Below are positions 36,087 through 45,741 of a DNA stretch of 64,000 bases, piece by piece. Position numbers and translations under genes: made by a program. Each line of letters opens with the position of its first letter. The stretch's first letter is position 1. Source of the stretch: an uncultured Actinomycetes bacterium (GTDB lineage Bacteria > Actinomycetota > Thermoleophilia > Gaiellales > Gaiellaceae); NCBI GenBank assembly GCA_963842305.1, contig CAWJFW010000006.1, positions 7,722 to 71,721 of the forward strand, read 5' to 3'. A model generated the notes under the pieces. It did no database searches. It was not told the origin of the DNA and was given only the letters and a program-made list of their open reading frames with translations.

Positions 36087-36118
36087 GCGATGACCCCTCC
36101 TTCACGTGCGCTGGGCCG

Positions 36119-37474
36119 TCAAGAGCTCGTCGATCGCGGTTCAGACTTGCGCGATGCCCAGGCGCGCCCTCGGCCGGTGAGCGTCGGCTCGCGGGCCCGG
36201 TCGTCGGCGGCTGACGCGCGGCCGCCGCCCGGACCGATGAGGTACCACGCCTCGACTTCGCCCTTCCCCTTGACCGAGATGGTCCCGCGCGGCTCGCAGT
36301 CGAACTCGTCGGCGACGAGCGCATACGTCGCGCGAGTGATCTGGATCCGCCCCGGCGTCCCGTGCGACTCCATACGACTGGCCATGTTCACGGCTTCGCC
36401 CCAGAGGTCGTACAGGAAACGCTTGCGTCCGATCACGCCGGCCACCACCGGGCCCGAATTGATGCCGATCCGGAGCTCGAGGCCGAGGTGCCCGACTTCG
36501 TCGCCCGAGCGCATCGCCTTGAGCATGTCGAGTGCCATCTGCGCGAGCGCGCGAGCATGGTCGGGGCGTGGTGTCGGGACGCCCGCAGCGACCATGTAGC
36601 AGTCCCCGATGGTCTTGATCTTCTCGAGCCCGTGCCGCTCCGCGAGCTCGTCGAAGTGGCGGAACAGGTGGTCGAGACAGCTGACCACCTCCGCGGGCGG
36701 GAGCCGCTCCGACCAGGGCGTGAAGTCGACCACGTCGGCGAACAGGATCGAGGCCGACTCGAACTGGTCTGCGATCGGCTGAGTCTGTGCCTTCAGCTTT
36801 TCGGCGATCGAGCGCGGCAGGATGTTGAGCAGAAGGTCTTCGGCCTTTGCCTGTTCCTGCCGGAGCGCTTCGAGCGCATGGCGGCGTTGGCTGGCGAACA
36901 CCGCGAGCAGCGTGAACACGATCGTGCCGCCGACCGCGATGTTCAGGGCCAGCATCGTGCTCGTGAACCAGCTGGGTGGGACCGGCCAGATCGGGCCCAC
37001 TATCTCCCCCGCGATCCCCGATCCGAGGAACACGGCGAGGTACGCGACGTACCAGCGTGCCGCCGACCGGACGTCGCTGAACACGAGCGCCCCGAGCGGG
37101 GCGAGAATCCCCCAGAGGCCGACGCCGGCGGAGTCAAGGAATCCGCCGAGCGGGATCATCGACAGCGTCGGCGCGAGCAGGATGGCGATCTGGCTCACCA
37201 GGAGCAGCCACGGGAGGTCGCGCGTCCTCGAGAACACGATGATCGCACCGAGCAGGACGCCGAAGTAGACGAGCGGCACCACACCGACCGGCGATCCGAG
37301 CGCGAGATACAGCGCCCCCCACAGTGCCGCGACGGGCAGGATCAACACGGAGATCAGGACCAGCAGTGCCTTCCGAGCACGCAGGTCCTCGTCGTCGCGG
37401 GGATCCGCGCCGACGAGCGACAGCCGCGCGATGACGCGATCCGCCGCGGCTCGGATTCGGTGCAGTAGGTGCAT
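36119..37474 (-). CDS. Membrane-anchored class III adenylate/guanylate cyclase
   Basis: About 6 N-terminal TM helices, then ..ASILFADVVDFT.., ..IKTIGDCYM.., ..RIGINSGPVVAGVIG..RF.YDLWG..VN.ASRME... Start ATG 37474 or upstream ATG 37579. Confidence 0.85.
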   Translation of the reverse strand: MHLLHRIRAAADRVIARLSLVGADPRDDEDLRARKALLVLISVLILPVAALWGALYLALGSPVGVVPLVYFGVLLGAIIVFSRTRDLPWLLLVSQIAILLAPTLSMIPLGGFLDSAGVGLWGILAPLGALVFSDVRSAARWYVAYLAVFLGSGIAGEIVGPIWPVPPSWFTSTMLALNIAVGGTIVFTLLAVFASQRRHALEALRQEQAKAEDLLLNILPRSIAEKLKAQTQPIADQFESASILFADVVDFTPWSERLPPAEVVSCLDHLFRHFDELAERHGLEKIKTIGDCYMVAAGVPTPRPDHARALAQMALDMLKAMRSGDEVGHLGLELRIGINSGPVVAGVIGRKRFLYDLWGEAVNMASRMESHGTPGRIQITRATYALVADEFDCEPRGTISVKGKGEVEAWYLIGPGGGRASAADDRAREPTLTGRGRAWASRKSEPRSTSS

Positions 37475-37603
37475 CGTGGGAGACGAAACGTTGCGGGGCT
37501 CGTGTGAGCGGCCGCTCGGTCGGGCTCGAACCGACGAGCCCTCCTGACGTGCTATTCCCGCCGCAACCGTTTGTGACACCCCGCTAGCGACGTCTAGGGG
37601 TGA

Positions 37604-37634
37604 GCGGCGAGCAGCGGCCGAAGCTGCTCGCCGC
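37604..37634 (-). terminator. Hairpin downstream of the DoxX gene
   Basis: 12-bp perfect stem GCGGCGAGCAGC / GCTGCTCGCCGC with a 7-nt loop. Confidence 0.6.
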
Positions 37635-37660
37635 TTGCGGAGCGCGAATCGGTAGCCCTC

Positions 37661-38110
37661 TCAGGCGGCGCGGGTCAACGGCTCCTCGACCGGTGAGGCC
37701 GCTCGCGCAGTGTGGAAGACGGTGCTCAGGCGGGCGAGGGTGAGGGCGCCGAGCATGAGCCCGAAGTCGCGCAGGGCGATGTCGTAGTAGCGCGGCGGGT
37801 CGACAGTGAGCAGGTTGAGGACGATGCCCGCGAGCCACGCTGCGACGACGTAGGCGCCGATACGCGGCGCCACGGCGACGAGCAGGCCGGCGGCGATCTC
37901 GACCACGCCGACGAAGTACATGAAGTCCTGCGCGCTGCCTGGGACGATGTCGTTCACCCAGGGCGCCAGGTAGTTCGTCCAGTCGACCGTCCAGTTGAAG
38001 AACTTGTCGAGCCCGAAGAGGATCGGGGCCACGGTGAAGCCGATGCGCAGGAGCGTGAACGCCTGGTAGACAGGGTTGCCGAGCTCCGCTCTCTCGGTCG
38101 TCGCTGCCAT
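37661..38110 (-). CDS. DoxX family membrane protein
   Basis: Four hydrophobic helices; ..LLRIGFTVAPILFGLDKFF.. and ..VEIAAGLLV.. pattern. Confidence 0.8.
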   Translation of the reverse strand: MAATTERAELGNPVYQAFTLLRIGFTVAPILFGLDKFFNWTVDWTNYLAPWVNDIVPGSAQDFMYFVGVVEIAAGLLVAVAPRIGAYVVAAWLAGIVLNLLTVDPPRYYDIALRDFGLMLGALTLARLSTVFHTARAASPVEEPLTRAA

Positions 38111-38257
38111 GCTCGTCGTACCTCCTGATCGAGGTCCCGGCGGGACCTTCGTCAGCTAGGTGACCACCGCCGGCAAGTTCTTACTCGAGGTTCTCCTGAA
38201 CCAAGCGTAATGCGGCGTGGCTGCAGACCATGTCCAGGCGATCGACTCCTGTGGTCG

Positions 38258-39142
38258 TTACCGGAGAATCTTCTCGAACCAGTGGTCCGCGAAGAGCTCG
38301 TCGTTGAAGGCGGGCACTTCGAGGTAGCCCGCCGACCGGTACAGGGAGATCGCCTCCGTGAGCGTGCGGTTCGTCTCCAGCCGGACGGCGCGGTCGCCAT
38401 GGGCGGCTGCGCGCGCCTCCAGCTCGGCCAGGAGCCGCCTGCCGATACCGAGCCCGCGCGCGGACTCCGCGACCCACATCCGCTTGATGTCGGACGGGCC
38501 GCCGGGATGGTGCTTGAGCGCGCCGCAGCCGATCGGCGCCCCGCGGAGGTAGGCGACCACCATGACGCCCGCCGGCGGCCTGATCTCGTGCGGCTCGGCG
38601 GTCGAGCCCGTCGACGGATCGAACGACGCGCCGGAGCGGCGCTCGAGCTCGGCGAAGTAGGAGCGGAGGCACTGCCTGGCGTCCGCATGGGCCGGATCGA
38701 CCGGCGTGATCTCGACGAGGGCGACCGTGAGCAGCCGCTCGACCTCGCGCATCGCGGCGACGAGCCGCTCGCGCTCGCCGTTCGTCAGGGGCTCGAGGAT
38801 CGACCGGGCGAGCTCGTCGCTTCGCCCATCGACCACATCGCGCTCCTCCCGACCGGCGGGCGTGAGCCGTACGGTGCGGGCGCGTCGGTCGGACACGCCC
38901 GGCGTCACCTCGACCAGGCGGGCCCTCTCGAGCGAGCGGAGGAGGCGGCTCGCATGGCCGGAGTCGAGCCCGAGGCGCGTGCGCAGCGCGCGCACCTCGC
39001 AGCCCTCCTCGCCGACCTCCCAGAGGATACGGGCCTCGCCGAGCGGCCTGTCGCGGGCGAGGTAGCGGTCGTCGAGCGCCCCGACCCGCTGGGTCACCGC
39101 GCGGTTGAAGCGGCGAACCTGTTCCACCATCGCATCCTCCAT
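38258..39142 (-). CDS. Bifunctional MarR-type HTH / GNAT N-acetyltransferase
   Basis: N-terminal MarR wHTH (..ARILWEVGEEGCEVRALRTRLGLDSGHASRLLRSLERARLV..) and C-terminal GNAT (..RGLGIGRRLLAELEARA.., ..A..LY...G). Confidence 0.85.
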   Translation of the reverse strand: MEDAMVEQVRRFNRAVTQRVGALDDRYLARDRPLGEARILWEVGEEGCEVRALRTRLGLDSGHASRLLRSLERARLVEVTPGVSDRRARTVRLTPAGREERDVVDGRSDELARSILEPLTNGERERLVAAMREVERLLTVALVEITPVDPAHADARQCLRSYFAELERRSGASFDPSTGSTAEPHEIRPPAGVMVVAYLRGAPIGCGALKHHPGGPSDIKRMWVAESARGLGIGRRLLAELEARAAAHGDRAVRLETNRTLTEAISLYRSAGYLEVPAFNDELFADHWFEKILR

Positions 39143-39309
39143 TCTCTGATCTTAGTCAGAGATCGTGAGGCAGGGCAGGCTTTCAGCGCGCCAGGTAGCG
39201 CGAGGCCGAAGTCGAAGTCGTCGCTGGCCACGGTCGTGACGCGCCCGGCGACGACCATGCGTCCGCTCGGCTTGACTGATTGGAGGGGCGTACGGGCTAC
39301 CGTCCGAGC

Positions 39310-40209
39310 ATGCACAGGCTGGCGGACCGGTTGCCGTTCCTCTCCACGACTATGCGGGCGGCGCTCGTCGTCTTCGTGCTCGCCTGGATCTTCGGCCCCT
39401 ACGAGCTGCGATCGGCGGTGCCGGTCTGGGTCGCCTTCCTGATCGTGCTCGGGCTCGAGATCAGCTTCCTCGTCGGCGCCATCGGCCGGCCATCCCCGCA
39501 GCCGGACCGAGGGCCTCAGCCGGTCGATCGCGAGCGCTTCGGGTATCTCGGGTGGCCCGACGAGGACGAGGAGGAAGAAGCGGGCGAGGTCGACGACGAG
39601 GAGCACCCGGGCATCTGGGTACCCGTGCGGCGGTTCCTCGTGGGGGTGGCACTCATTGCCGCCCTCGCCCTCCTCTTCTGGCTCGTCGAGAGCCGGACGG
39701 GATGGGACTCGCTCTCGGTCGAGACCCGCACCGAGGCCCAGGACCGCTTCTCCGAGGAGGCCTCGCTGATCGCGGAGAAACCCGTGCGGATCCGCTGCGA
39801 CGAGTCCGGGGCGTATGTCGGAGCCGTCCAACACACCGACGGAGTCGCCACGGTGGGAGGCGACCTTGCATACCTCACGCCGGAGCGCTGCCTCGACCTC
39901 TACCGGCTCGCGTTCGAGGGTGAGGTGACCGGGAGCCAGACCGGGCGCTCGATCGTCGTCCTGGCACACGAGGCGTGGCACCTCCACGGCGTCGACGACG
40001 AGGGGACGACGGAGTGCTATGCGATTCAATCCGGCGTCGCGCTCGGGGAGCGGCTGGGCCTCTCGGCGGACGCCGCGAGACGGCTGATGGACCAACAGCT
40101 CGCCGAGAACGCGGGCCGAAGCGGGGTGGCTGTCGAGTACCTCGTCCCTCCGGGCTGCCGCGACGGCGAGGCCCTCGACCTCGACCCGAGCAGTCACCGG
40201 TTCCCGTGA
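39310..40209 (+). CDS. Membrane protein with HExxH motif (putative metallopeptidase-like), uncharacterised
   Basis: Three TM helices, an acidic linker (DEDEEEEAGEVDDEE), and an extracytoplasmic domain with VVLAHEAWHLHG. Confidence 0.6.
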   Translation: MHRLADRLPFLSTTMRAALVVFVLAWIFGPYELRSAVPVWVAFLIVLGLEISFLVGAIGRPSPQPDRGPQPVDRERFGYLGWPDEDEEEEAGEVDDEEHPGIWVPVRRFLVGVALIAALALLFWLVESRTGWDSLSVETRTEAQDRFSEEASLIAEKPVRIRCDESGAYVGAVQHTDGVATVGGDLAYLTPERCLDLYRLAFEGEVTGSQTGRSIVVLAHEAWHLHGVDDEGTTECYAIQSGVALGERLGLSADAARRLMDQQLAENAGRSGVAVEYLVPPGCRDGEALDLDPSSHRFP

Positions 40210-40271
40210 CGACATCCTTGTGCGAACGGGCTCAAGTCCGGCGGACGTCGTGCCGATACGGACCTCGAGAG

Positions 40272-40345
40272 AACGAGGAGCGCGGTCATCCTCGGCGGTC
40301 GCCGCAGCCAGCCGAGGTGAGAGAGCCGAGCTCCTCGTTTTCGTT
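40272..40345. terminator. Long structured hairpin with T-tract between convergent genes
   Basis: Outer stem AACGAGGAGC / GCTCCTCGTT, inner stem CCTCGGC / GCCGAGG, followed by TTTTCGTT on the plus strand. Confidence 0.6.
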
Positions 40346-40347
40346 GG

Positions 40348-41124
40348 TCAGCGCGGCGCGGGCAGCGGAAGGCGGAGCAGGCGCGCCGCGATGCCCTGGA
40401 TCGTGCGCGTCCCGTAGTGGTGACTCGGATTCCAGCGCGTCAGGATCGAGAGGGCGAGCCGGCGGCGTCCCTCCCGGACAAGCGCGGACTGGTGAGTGAC
40501 GAGCCCGGTGCCGGATCCCCAGCCGCCCTTGAAGTAGATCGTCCAGCCGGGGGGGAGCGCCTGGGGGATTCCCCACCGTTGCCGCCGGACGATGTCCGTT
40601 AACAGCCCGAGGGCGTAGCGCCGGTGTCGGGCCGCGACGAGCGCATCGATCCGGGAGAAGAAGCGAGCCTGGTCGGTCGCGCACGTCGTCGAGTTGCCCC
40701 AGATCGGCCAGGCGAACCTGAAGGCCCGCATGCCCGCCCGCTCGGCGAGCGCGTCGAGCCTGTGCGCGCCGACCGTCCGGAGGACGGCGCCCGCTGCGGC
40801 GTTGTCCGACCACCTGATCATGGGGCCGAGCAGCGCGCGATCGGAACCGTGCAACGCGCGGTGGCGCACCGAGGGGAGATTGAGGTAGGCGACCAGGGCC
40901 ATGGCCTTGAGGAGGCTCGCGGACGGGACGCGCGCGCCCCGTCGAAAGCCGTGGATCCGACCGCGCTCGTCGACGAGCGCGAAGCTCTCGACACCCGCGC
41001 GCGTCTGGAGGTAGCGCACGGCGGAGGCCTTCCGCTCCTTCCAGATCGACGCCCCGGCGGGCGATGCGCTCAGGAGGAGGGCCAGCGCAGCCAGAACGGC
41101 GAGCAAGACTGCCCAGGGCCGCAT
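40348..41124 (-). CDS. Class A beta-lactamase-like serine hydrolase, exported
   Basis: Signal peptide MRPWAVLLAVLAALALLLSASPAGA; S-x-x-K (SLLK), SDN (WSDNAA) and KGG (FKGGWG, KTG-like) motifs. 10 nt downstream of the sigma factor gene. Confidence 0.7.
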   Translation of the reverse strand: MRPWAVLLAVLAALALLLSASPAGASIWKERKASAVRYLQTRAGVESFALVDERGRIHGFRRGARVPSASLLKAMALVAYLNLPSVRHRALHGSDRALLGPMIRWSDNAAAGAVLRTVGAHRLDALAERAGMRAFRFAWPIWGNSTTCATDQARFFSRIDALVAARHRRYALGLLTDIVRRQRWGIPQALPPGWTIYFKGGWGSGTGLVTHQSALVREGRRRLALSILTRWNPSHHYGTRTIQGIAARLLRLPLPAPR

Positions 41125-41134
41125 CACCGCGGGC

Positions 41135-42172
41135 CTAAACGACGCCCTGGAGGGCCGCGATCTCCCGCCGCACCGCGAGGCGCTCGAGCGCATCGGCCTC
41201 GATCTGGCGCACACGCTCGCGCGTGAGGCCGAGGCCGCGCCCGATCTCCTCGAGCGATTCGGGATCGCGCTCGCCGTTCAGCCCGTAGCGGCGTTTCAGC
41301 ACCTCTCGCTCGCGGTCCGGAAGCTCGTCGAGGGCGTCCCGGAGCGCCTCCTGGGCAAGGTTCACCGTCACCTCCTGCTCGACGTCCTCTTCGTCGCCGG
41401 CGAGGAGCTCCTGGAAGGTCGTGCCGCTTGCCTCCGAGATCGGCTTGTCGAGGCTCGTGACCGCCCGTGCCGCCGCCCGCACCTCCCCGACCTGAGCGAC
41501 CGTGATGCGCGCCGCCTCCGCCACTTCCTCGTCGGTCGGCATGCGCCCGAGCCTCGGCGCCAGGTCGCGCTCGGCGCGCGACATGCGCTGCTCGCGCTCG
41601 ACGATATGCACCGGCACCCGGATCTCGCGCGACTTGTTGGCGACGCCCCGCTGCACGGCCTGGCGGATCCACCAGGTCGCGTACGTCGAGAACTTGAAGC
41701 CCCTGCGCCAGTCGAACTTCTCGACGGCACGGATGAGGCCGATGATCCCCTCCTGGATCAGGTCGAGCAGCGAGAGCCCGTGCCCCTGGTAGCGCTTCGC
41801 GATCGAGACGACCAGGCGCAGGTTCGAGTTGATCATCTGATCCTTGGCCTCGAGGTCCCCGCGCTCGATCCGCTGGGCGAGCTCGATCTCCTGCTCCTTC
41901 GTCAGCAGCGGGTAGCGCCCGATCTCCTGCATGAAGAGCTGCAGCGCGTCGGTCGTCGCCACGGCGAGGTCGCCGTTCACGTAGGTCGTCTTCGCCTCAC
42001 GGCCGCAGTTGTCGCGCAGCTCGATCCGGCGGCGTTCGATCTCCTCGTAGAGATCCTCGATCTCCTCCTCGCCCAGCTCGAGTGCCTCGACGAGCGTGTC
42101 GATCTCCGAGTACTCGAGGCACTCGAACTCCTCACCACGTTCAAGGAGGGCTTGCAGCTGCGGGTCCATCAC
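41135..42172 (-). CDS. RNA polymerase sigma-70 family factor, RpoD-like (group 1 or 2)
   Basis: Regions 1.2 to 4.2 are recognisable: ..[17 protein letters not shown].., ..[12 protein letters not shown].., ..[33 protein letters not shown].., ..TLEEIG...[10 protein letters not shown]... Confidence 0.9.
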   Translation of the reverse strand: MMDPQLQALLERGEEFECLEYSEIDTLVEALELGEEEIEDLYEEIERRRIELRDNCGREAKTTYVNGDLAVATTDALQLFMQEIGRYPLLTKEQEIELAQRIERGDLEAKDQMINSNLRLVVSIAKRYQGHGLSLLDLIQEGIIGLIRAVEKFDWRRGFKFSTYATWWIRQAVQRGVANKSREIRVPVHIVEREQRMSRAERDLAPRLGRMPTDEEVAEAARITVAQVGEVRAAARAVTSLDKPISEASGTTFQELLAGDEEDVEQEVTVNLAQEALRDALDELPDREREVLKRRYGLNGERDPESLEEIGRGLGLTRERVRQIEADALERLAVRREIAALQGVV

Positions 42173-42295
42173 CGTTCGTATCTCCTCGCCGAGCGGGGGG
42201 AAACATCAACGATACGCCGATGGCCCAGGCGACGTTGACGGAGACGAAAAGACGGGCTACCGTCGCGCTTTGTCCCAGTCAGGCGGGAGGAAGCG

Positions 42296-42640
42296 ATGGC
42301 GGAGATCGATTGGAGACAGGTCGACAGCGAGGCGTTCCAGGAGGTCGACCGGGAGCGAATCGCGCTTCTCACGGCCACGGTCAAGTCCGAGACGGATCTT
42401 GCGACCGAGCTCATCCTGGACCCACTGCCGCAACTCATCGAAGGCGCGGCGCAGTTCGACTACGGCTTCCAGGTCGACGAGAGCTGGACGGTCTCGCTCG
42501 AGCGCGTCAACGCCGAGGTGCCCGTCGGCCCGGGGAAGGGGCCGCGCAAGATTATCGTGGTCTTCGTTCTCCTGCCGCTGATGAGCGAGGCACAGGCGGT
42601 CGTGTACCGCGTGCCGCAGGACGCCGTTCAGGCGGATTAG
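42296..42640 (+). CDS. Hypothetical protein (114 aa)
   Basis: ATG after GGGAGGAAG; no family recognised. Confidence 0.5.
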   Translation: MAEIDWRQVDSEAFQEVDRERIALLTATVKSETDLATELILDPLPQLIEGAAQFDYGFQVDESWTVSLERVNAEVPVGPGKGPRKIIVVFVLLPLMSEAQAVVYRVPQDAVQAD

Positions 42641-42654
42641 CCGGCTCGTCGCAC

Positions 42655-45600
42655 TTAGCGGGCGAGGGAGTCCAGGAGCTCGCGGGCGCTCGCGGCCGCG
42701 ACGACGTTGCCCTTCGCCTCGTGAAGCTCCAACGCCTGGGCGAGCACGGGTAGGGCATCGTCGACCCGTTCGGCGAGCAGTAGCACCTCGCCCAGGTTCG
42801 CGCGCGCGTCGGCCCGGTCGATGAGGAAGTCGGTCCGGTCGATGATCTCGACCGCCTCACGGGCGAGCCGCTCGCCCTCGGAGGCTCGGCCCTGGTGGGC
42901 CACGGCCGTCCCGCGGGCGCTGCGCGCGAGCGCGATCTCCGCGATGCCGCTCGGATCCAGCTCCTCGACGAGCAGCGCAAGGCTCTCGGCCTCGGCGAAC
43001 CGCGTCTGGATCGCCAGGGCGCGGACGAGGTACGACCCGACGACCTGAAGCTGTGGCTTCGCACCTGTGGGCTCTAGCTTCTCGTAGCCAGCGCGCAGAA
43101 TGCGCTCGGCCGCCGCGACGTCGCCCGCGAGAAGCTCGACCCAGCCCGACGTATGGGATCGCCATGCCTCCGCCAGCTCGAGCCCGAGGTCGTCGAAGAT
43201 CGCGGCACGCTGCGCCAAGAGCACGTGTGCCTCGTCGAAAAGCCCTTCCATGGCGCGCAGGCAGCCGAGCAGCCCGAGGATGTTGGCCTCCTCCTCCATG
43301 TTGCCCTTCACCCGCCCCAGGATCTCCTCGCAGATCTCGATCCCCGTTGTGCGGTGTGTGGGCCCCCAGAGGACGATGGACGCGAGTGAGGAAAGGCCCA
43401 CGAGCTCCTCCTTCCGGCTGCCGGCTCGCCGCGCGTAGTCGATCGAGCGTCGCCAGGCCTCCTGGGCCGCGCTGCTCTGCCCCTGCCCGTACTGCAGATC
43501 TGCACGAAAGTCCCACGCCCTGGCGAGGCCGAGCTCGTCTCGGGCGCCCTCGAAGACCTCGATCGCTCGATCGGCTGTGTCTCGGAGGTCGGCGATCTCA
43601 CCGGGGTTGGTCGAGTAGTGGAGCTTGGCGAGCGCGAGCGAGGCCCGTGCCTCGAGGCGTGGGTCCCCGGTCGAGGCGGCGCCGCCGATCGCCTCCGCGA
43701 GAACGGTCTCCGCCCGCGAGAAGTCCGCCAGCTCCGTCAGAGCATCGCCGAGCTCCGCCAGCACCTCGACCCTCGTGCGCTCGTCGGCCGCGAGCAGCAC
43801 CGCGGCCCTGGAGAGCAGGTTTACCTGCGCGGGCCGATCACCGCGGGCGATTGCCCGCCCGGCTGCTGCCACGAGGCACTCCGACGCTCGACGGGCCAGC
43901 GCGCGGCCGCGCTCGTCCACCGGCCCGAGTTCGGCCCGGTAGACGTGGGCCTGCTCCAGGTGATAGCCGACGAGCTCCTCGAACTCGGCCATGCGCCCTT
44001 CCGCGGCTCTGGCGAGCCAGGCCGCGAACTGCTCGTGCAACTCCGCGCGCAGTTCCTTCGCCATTGCCGCATATGCAGCGTCGCGCACGAGGATGTGCGC
44101 GAAGCGAAAGCCGTCGTCGCCGGCGAACGCCGCCCGGTCGGGGCGGATCAGCTCCTTGCGCACGAGCGACATGAGGTCGGATCCGAGCGTCTGGCGGACC
44201 GCCTCGGGCAGGAGCTCCGACACCGCTCCACGATGGAAGCTCCGCCCCTCGACCGCTGCGCGCTCGATCACCGCGCGCTCGCCGGGATCCAGCCGGTCGA
44301 TGCGCGCCGCGAGCAGCGCCTGGATGGTCGGCGGAACCACCAGCTCGCCGCTGTCGCCGTTCTGCTCGACCTTGAGGGCGACAATCTGCTCGAGAAAGAG
44401 GGGGTTGCCGGAGGAGATCTCGACGATCTGGCTTCGCGTCGCCTCGGAGAGGCGCGCCCCGCTGGAGAGACGGTCGATCAAGGCGCCGGCATCCCGTTCG
44501 GACAACGGCTCGAGCACCACGGCGTCCGCGTTCGGCCTCGGCGTCGCCCAGGACGCCCGCGTCTCGAACAGGTCGGGCCGGGCGAGCCCGAGCAGGAGCA
44601 CGGGCCCGGCGGTGAAGCCCGCCAGATACTCGATCAGGTCGAGGAACGTCGGCTCGGCCCAGTGGATGTCGTCGAACACAACGACCAGCGGGCGCTGACG
44701 CGAGAGCGACTCGAGCAGCCGGCGGACGGCCCACGAGACCTCTTCGCTTCGCCCGTCCGCGGGAGCAAGGCCCACCGCACTCGCGATCCGCTTCGCGATC
44801 AGCTCGGCGTGCTCGTCGTCGGCGACGAGTTCGAGTATTCCGGCGTGGTCGCGACCGGCAACCTGCTGGACGATCTCCGCGAGCGGCCAGTAGGTGATCC
44901 CCTCTCCGTAGGGGAGGCACCGACCGACGACGACGCGCGCGCGCGTGTCGACCGCGGCGAGCAGCTCGCGCGCGAGCCTCGACTTGCCCACGCCCGGTGG
45001 GCCCAGCACGGTGACAAGTCGGCACGTTTCCTCCTCCGCGCAGCGCTCGAACGCCTGCTCGAGCGCGGCGAGCTCGGACTCTCGCCCGACGAACGGAGCG
45101 TCCAGTCTGCGGGTGTAGGCCGGAACGTCCGGAAGGACGTCGAGGAGGCGCCAGGCAGGGACCGGTTCGGCCTTCCCTTTGACGGCAAGAGGCTCGACCT
45201 CCTCGACCCGAACCGCATCGCGCACGAGGCGGAGGGTCGCGTCCCCGACCAGGATCTCGCCGGGACTCGCGGACTGCTCCAGGCGCGCCGCCACGTTGAC
45301 GGCGTCCCCGGTCGCGAACGAGTCTCCCAGCGCCGCGTCGCCGGCGACGACCTCGCCGGTGTTGACGCCCATTCGCACCGCGATTCGAACGCCCCAGTCG
45401 CGCTCGAGCTCGTCGTTCAGATCGCCCAGGCGGAGGCGCAGCTCTGCGCTCGCACGGATCGCCCTGAGGGCGTCGTCCTCGTGGAGCTGCGGAATGCCGA
45501 AGACGGCCATCACCGCGTCACCGATGAACTTCTCCACCGTGCCGCCGTGACGCTCGAGCACCGCCTGCGCCTCGTCGAAGTAGCGGCGCATGACCCGACG

Positions 45601-45690
45601 GACCGTCTCCGGATCGAGCTCCTCCCCCAGCGTGGTCGAGCCGCTCACGTCCGAGAACACGATCGTGACGGTCTTGCGCGCCTCCGCCAT
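42655..45690 (-). CDS. Class III adenylate/guanylate cyclase fused to a STAND-type P-loop ATPase and TPR repeats (1011 aa)
   Basis: N-terminal ..VTIVFSDVSGST.., ..KFIGDAVMAVFG.., ..GVNTGEVV.. cyclase domain; Walker A GPPGVGKSRLA; Walker B ..LVVVFDDIHW..; long helical TPR-like C-terminus. No C-terminal HTH seen. Confidence 0.85.
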   Translation of the reverse strand: MAEARKTVTIVFSDVSGSTTLGEELDPETVRRVMRRYFDEAQAVLERHGGTVEKFIGDAVMAVFGIPQLHEDDALRAIRASAELRLRLGDLNDELERDWGVRIAVRMGVNTGEVVAGDAALGDSFATGDAVNVAARLEQSASPGEILVGDATLRLVRDAVRVEEVEPLAVKGKAEPVPAWRLLDVLPDVPAYTRRLDAPFVGRESELAALEQAFERCAEEETCRLVTVLGPPGVGKSRLARELLAAVDTRARVVVGRCLPYGEGITYWPLAEIVQQVAGRDHAGILELVADDEHAELIAKRIASAVGLAPADGRSEEVSWAVRRLLESLSRQRPLVVVFDDIHWAEPTFLDLIEYLAGFTAGPVLLLGLARPDLFETRASWATPRPNADAVVLEPLSERDAGALIDRLSSGARLSEATRSQIVEISSGNPLFLEQIVALKVEQNGDSGELVVPPTIQALLAARIDRLDPGERAVIERAAVEGRSFHRGAVSELLPEAVRQTLGSDLMSLVRKELIRPDRAAFAGDDGFRFAHILVRDAAYAAMAKELRAELHEQFAAWLARAAEGRMAEFEELVGYHLEQAHVYRAELGPVDERGRALARRASECLVAAAGRAIARGDRPAQVNLLSRAAVLLAADERTRVEVLAELGDALTELADFSRAETVLAEAIGGAASTGDPRLEARASLALAKLHYSTNPGEIADLRDTADRAIEVFEGARDELGLARAWDFRADLQYGQGQSSAAQEAWRRSIDYARRAGSRKEELVGLSSLASIVLWGPTHRTTGIEICEEILGRVKGNMEEEANILGLLGCLRAMEGLFDEAHVLLAQRAAIFDDLGLELAEAWRSHTSGWVELLAGDVAAAERILRAGYEKLEPTGAKPQLQVVGSYLVRALAIQTRFAEAESLALLVEELDPSGIAEIALARSARGTAVAHQGRASEGERLAREAVEIIDRTDFLIDRADARANLGEVLLLAERVDDALPVLAQALELHEAKGNVVAAASARELLDSLAR

Positions 45691-45723
45691 GGGCCGAGTC
45701 TACGGCCGCCCGCTCGGCTGCAA

Positions 45724-45739
45724 TCGAACATATGTTCTA
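45724..45739. promoter_or_regulatory. Candidate LexA (SOS / Cheo-type) box
   Basis: TCGAACATATGTTCTA matches the Gram-positive/mycobacterial consensus TCGAAC-N4-GTTCGA at 14 of 16 positions, and the core CGAAC-N4-GTTC matches perfectly. It sits in the 51-bp divergent intergenic region. TATAAT at 45738-45743 overlaps it. Confidence 0.6.
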
Positions 45740-45741
45740 TA

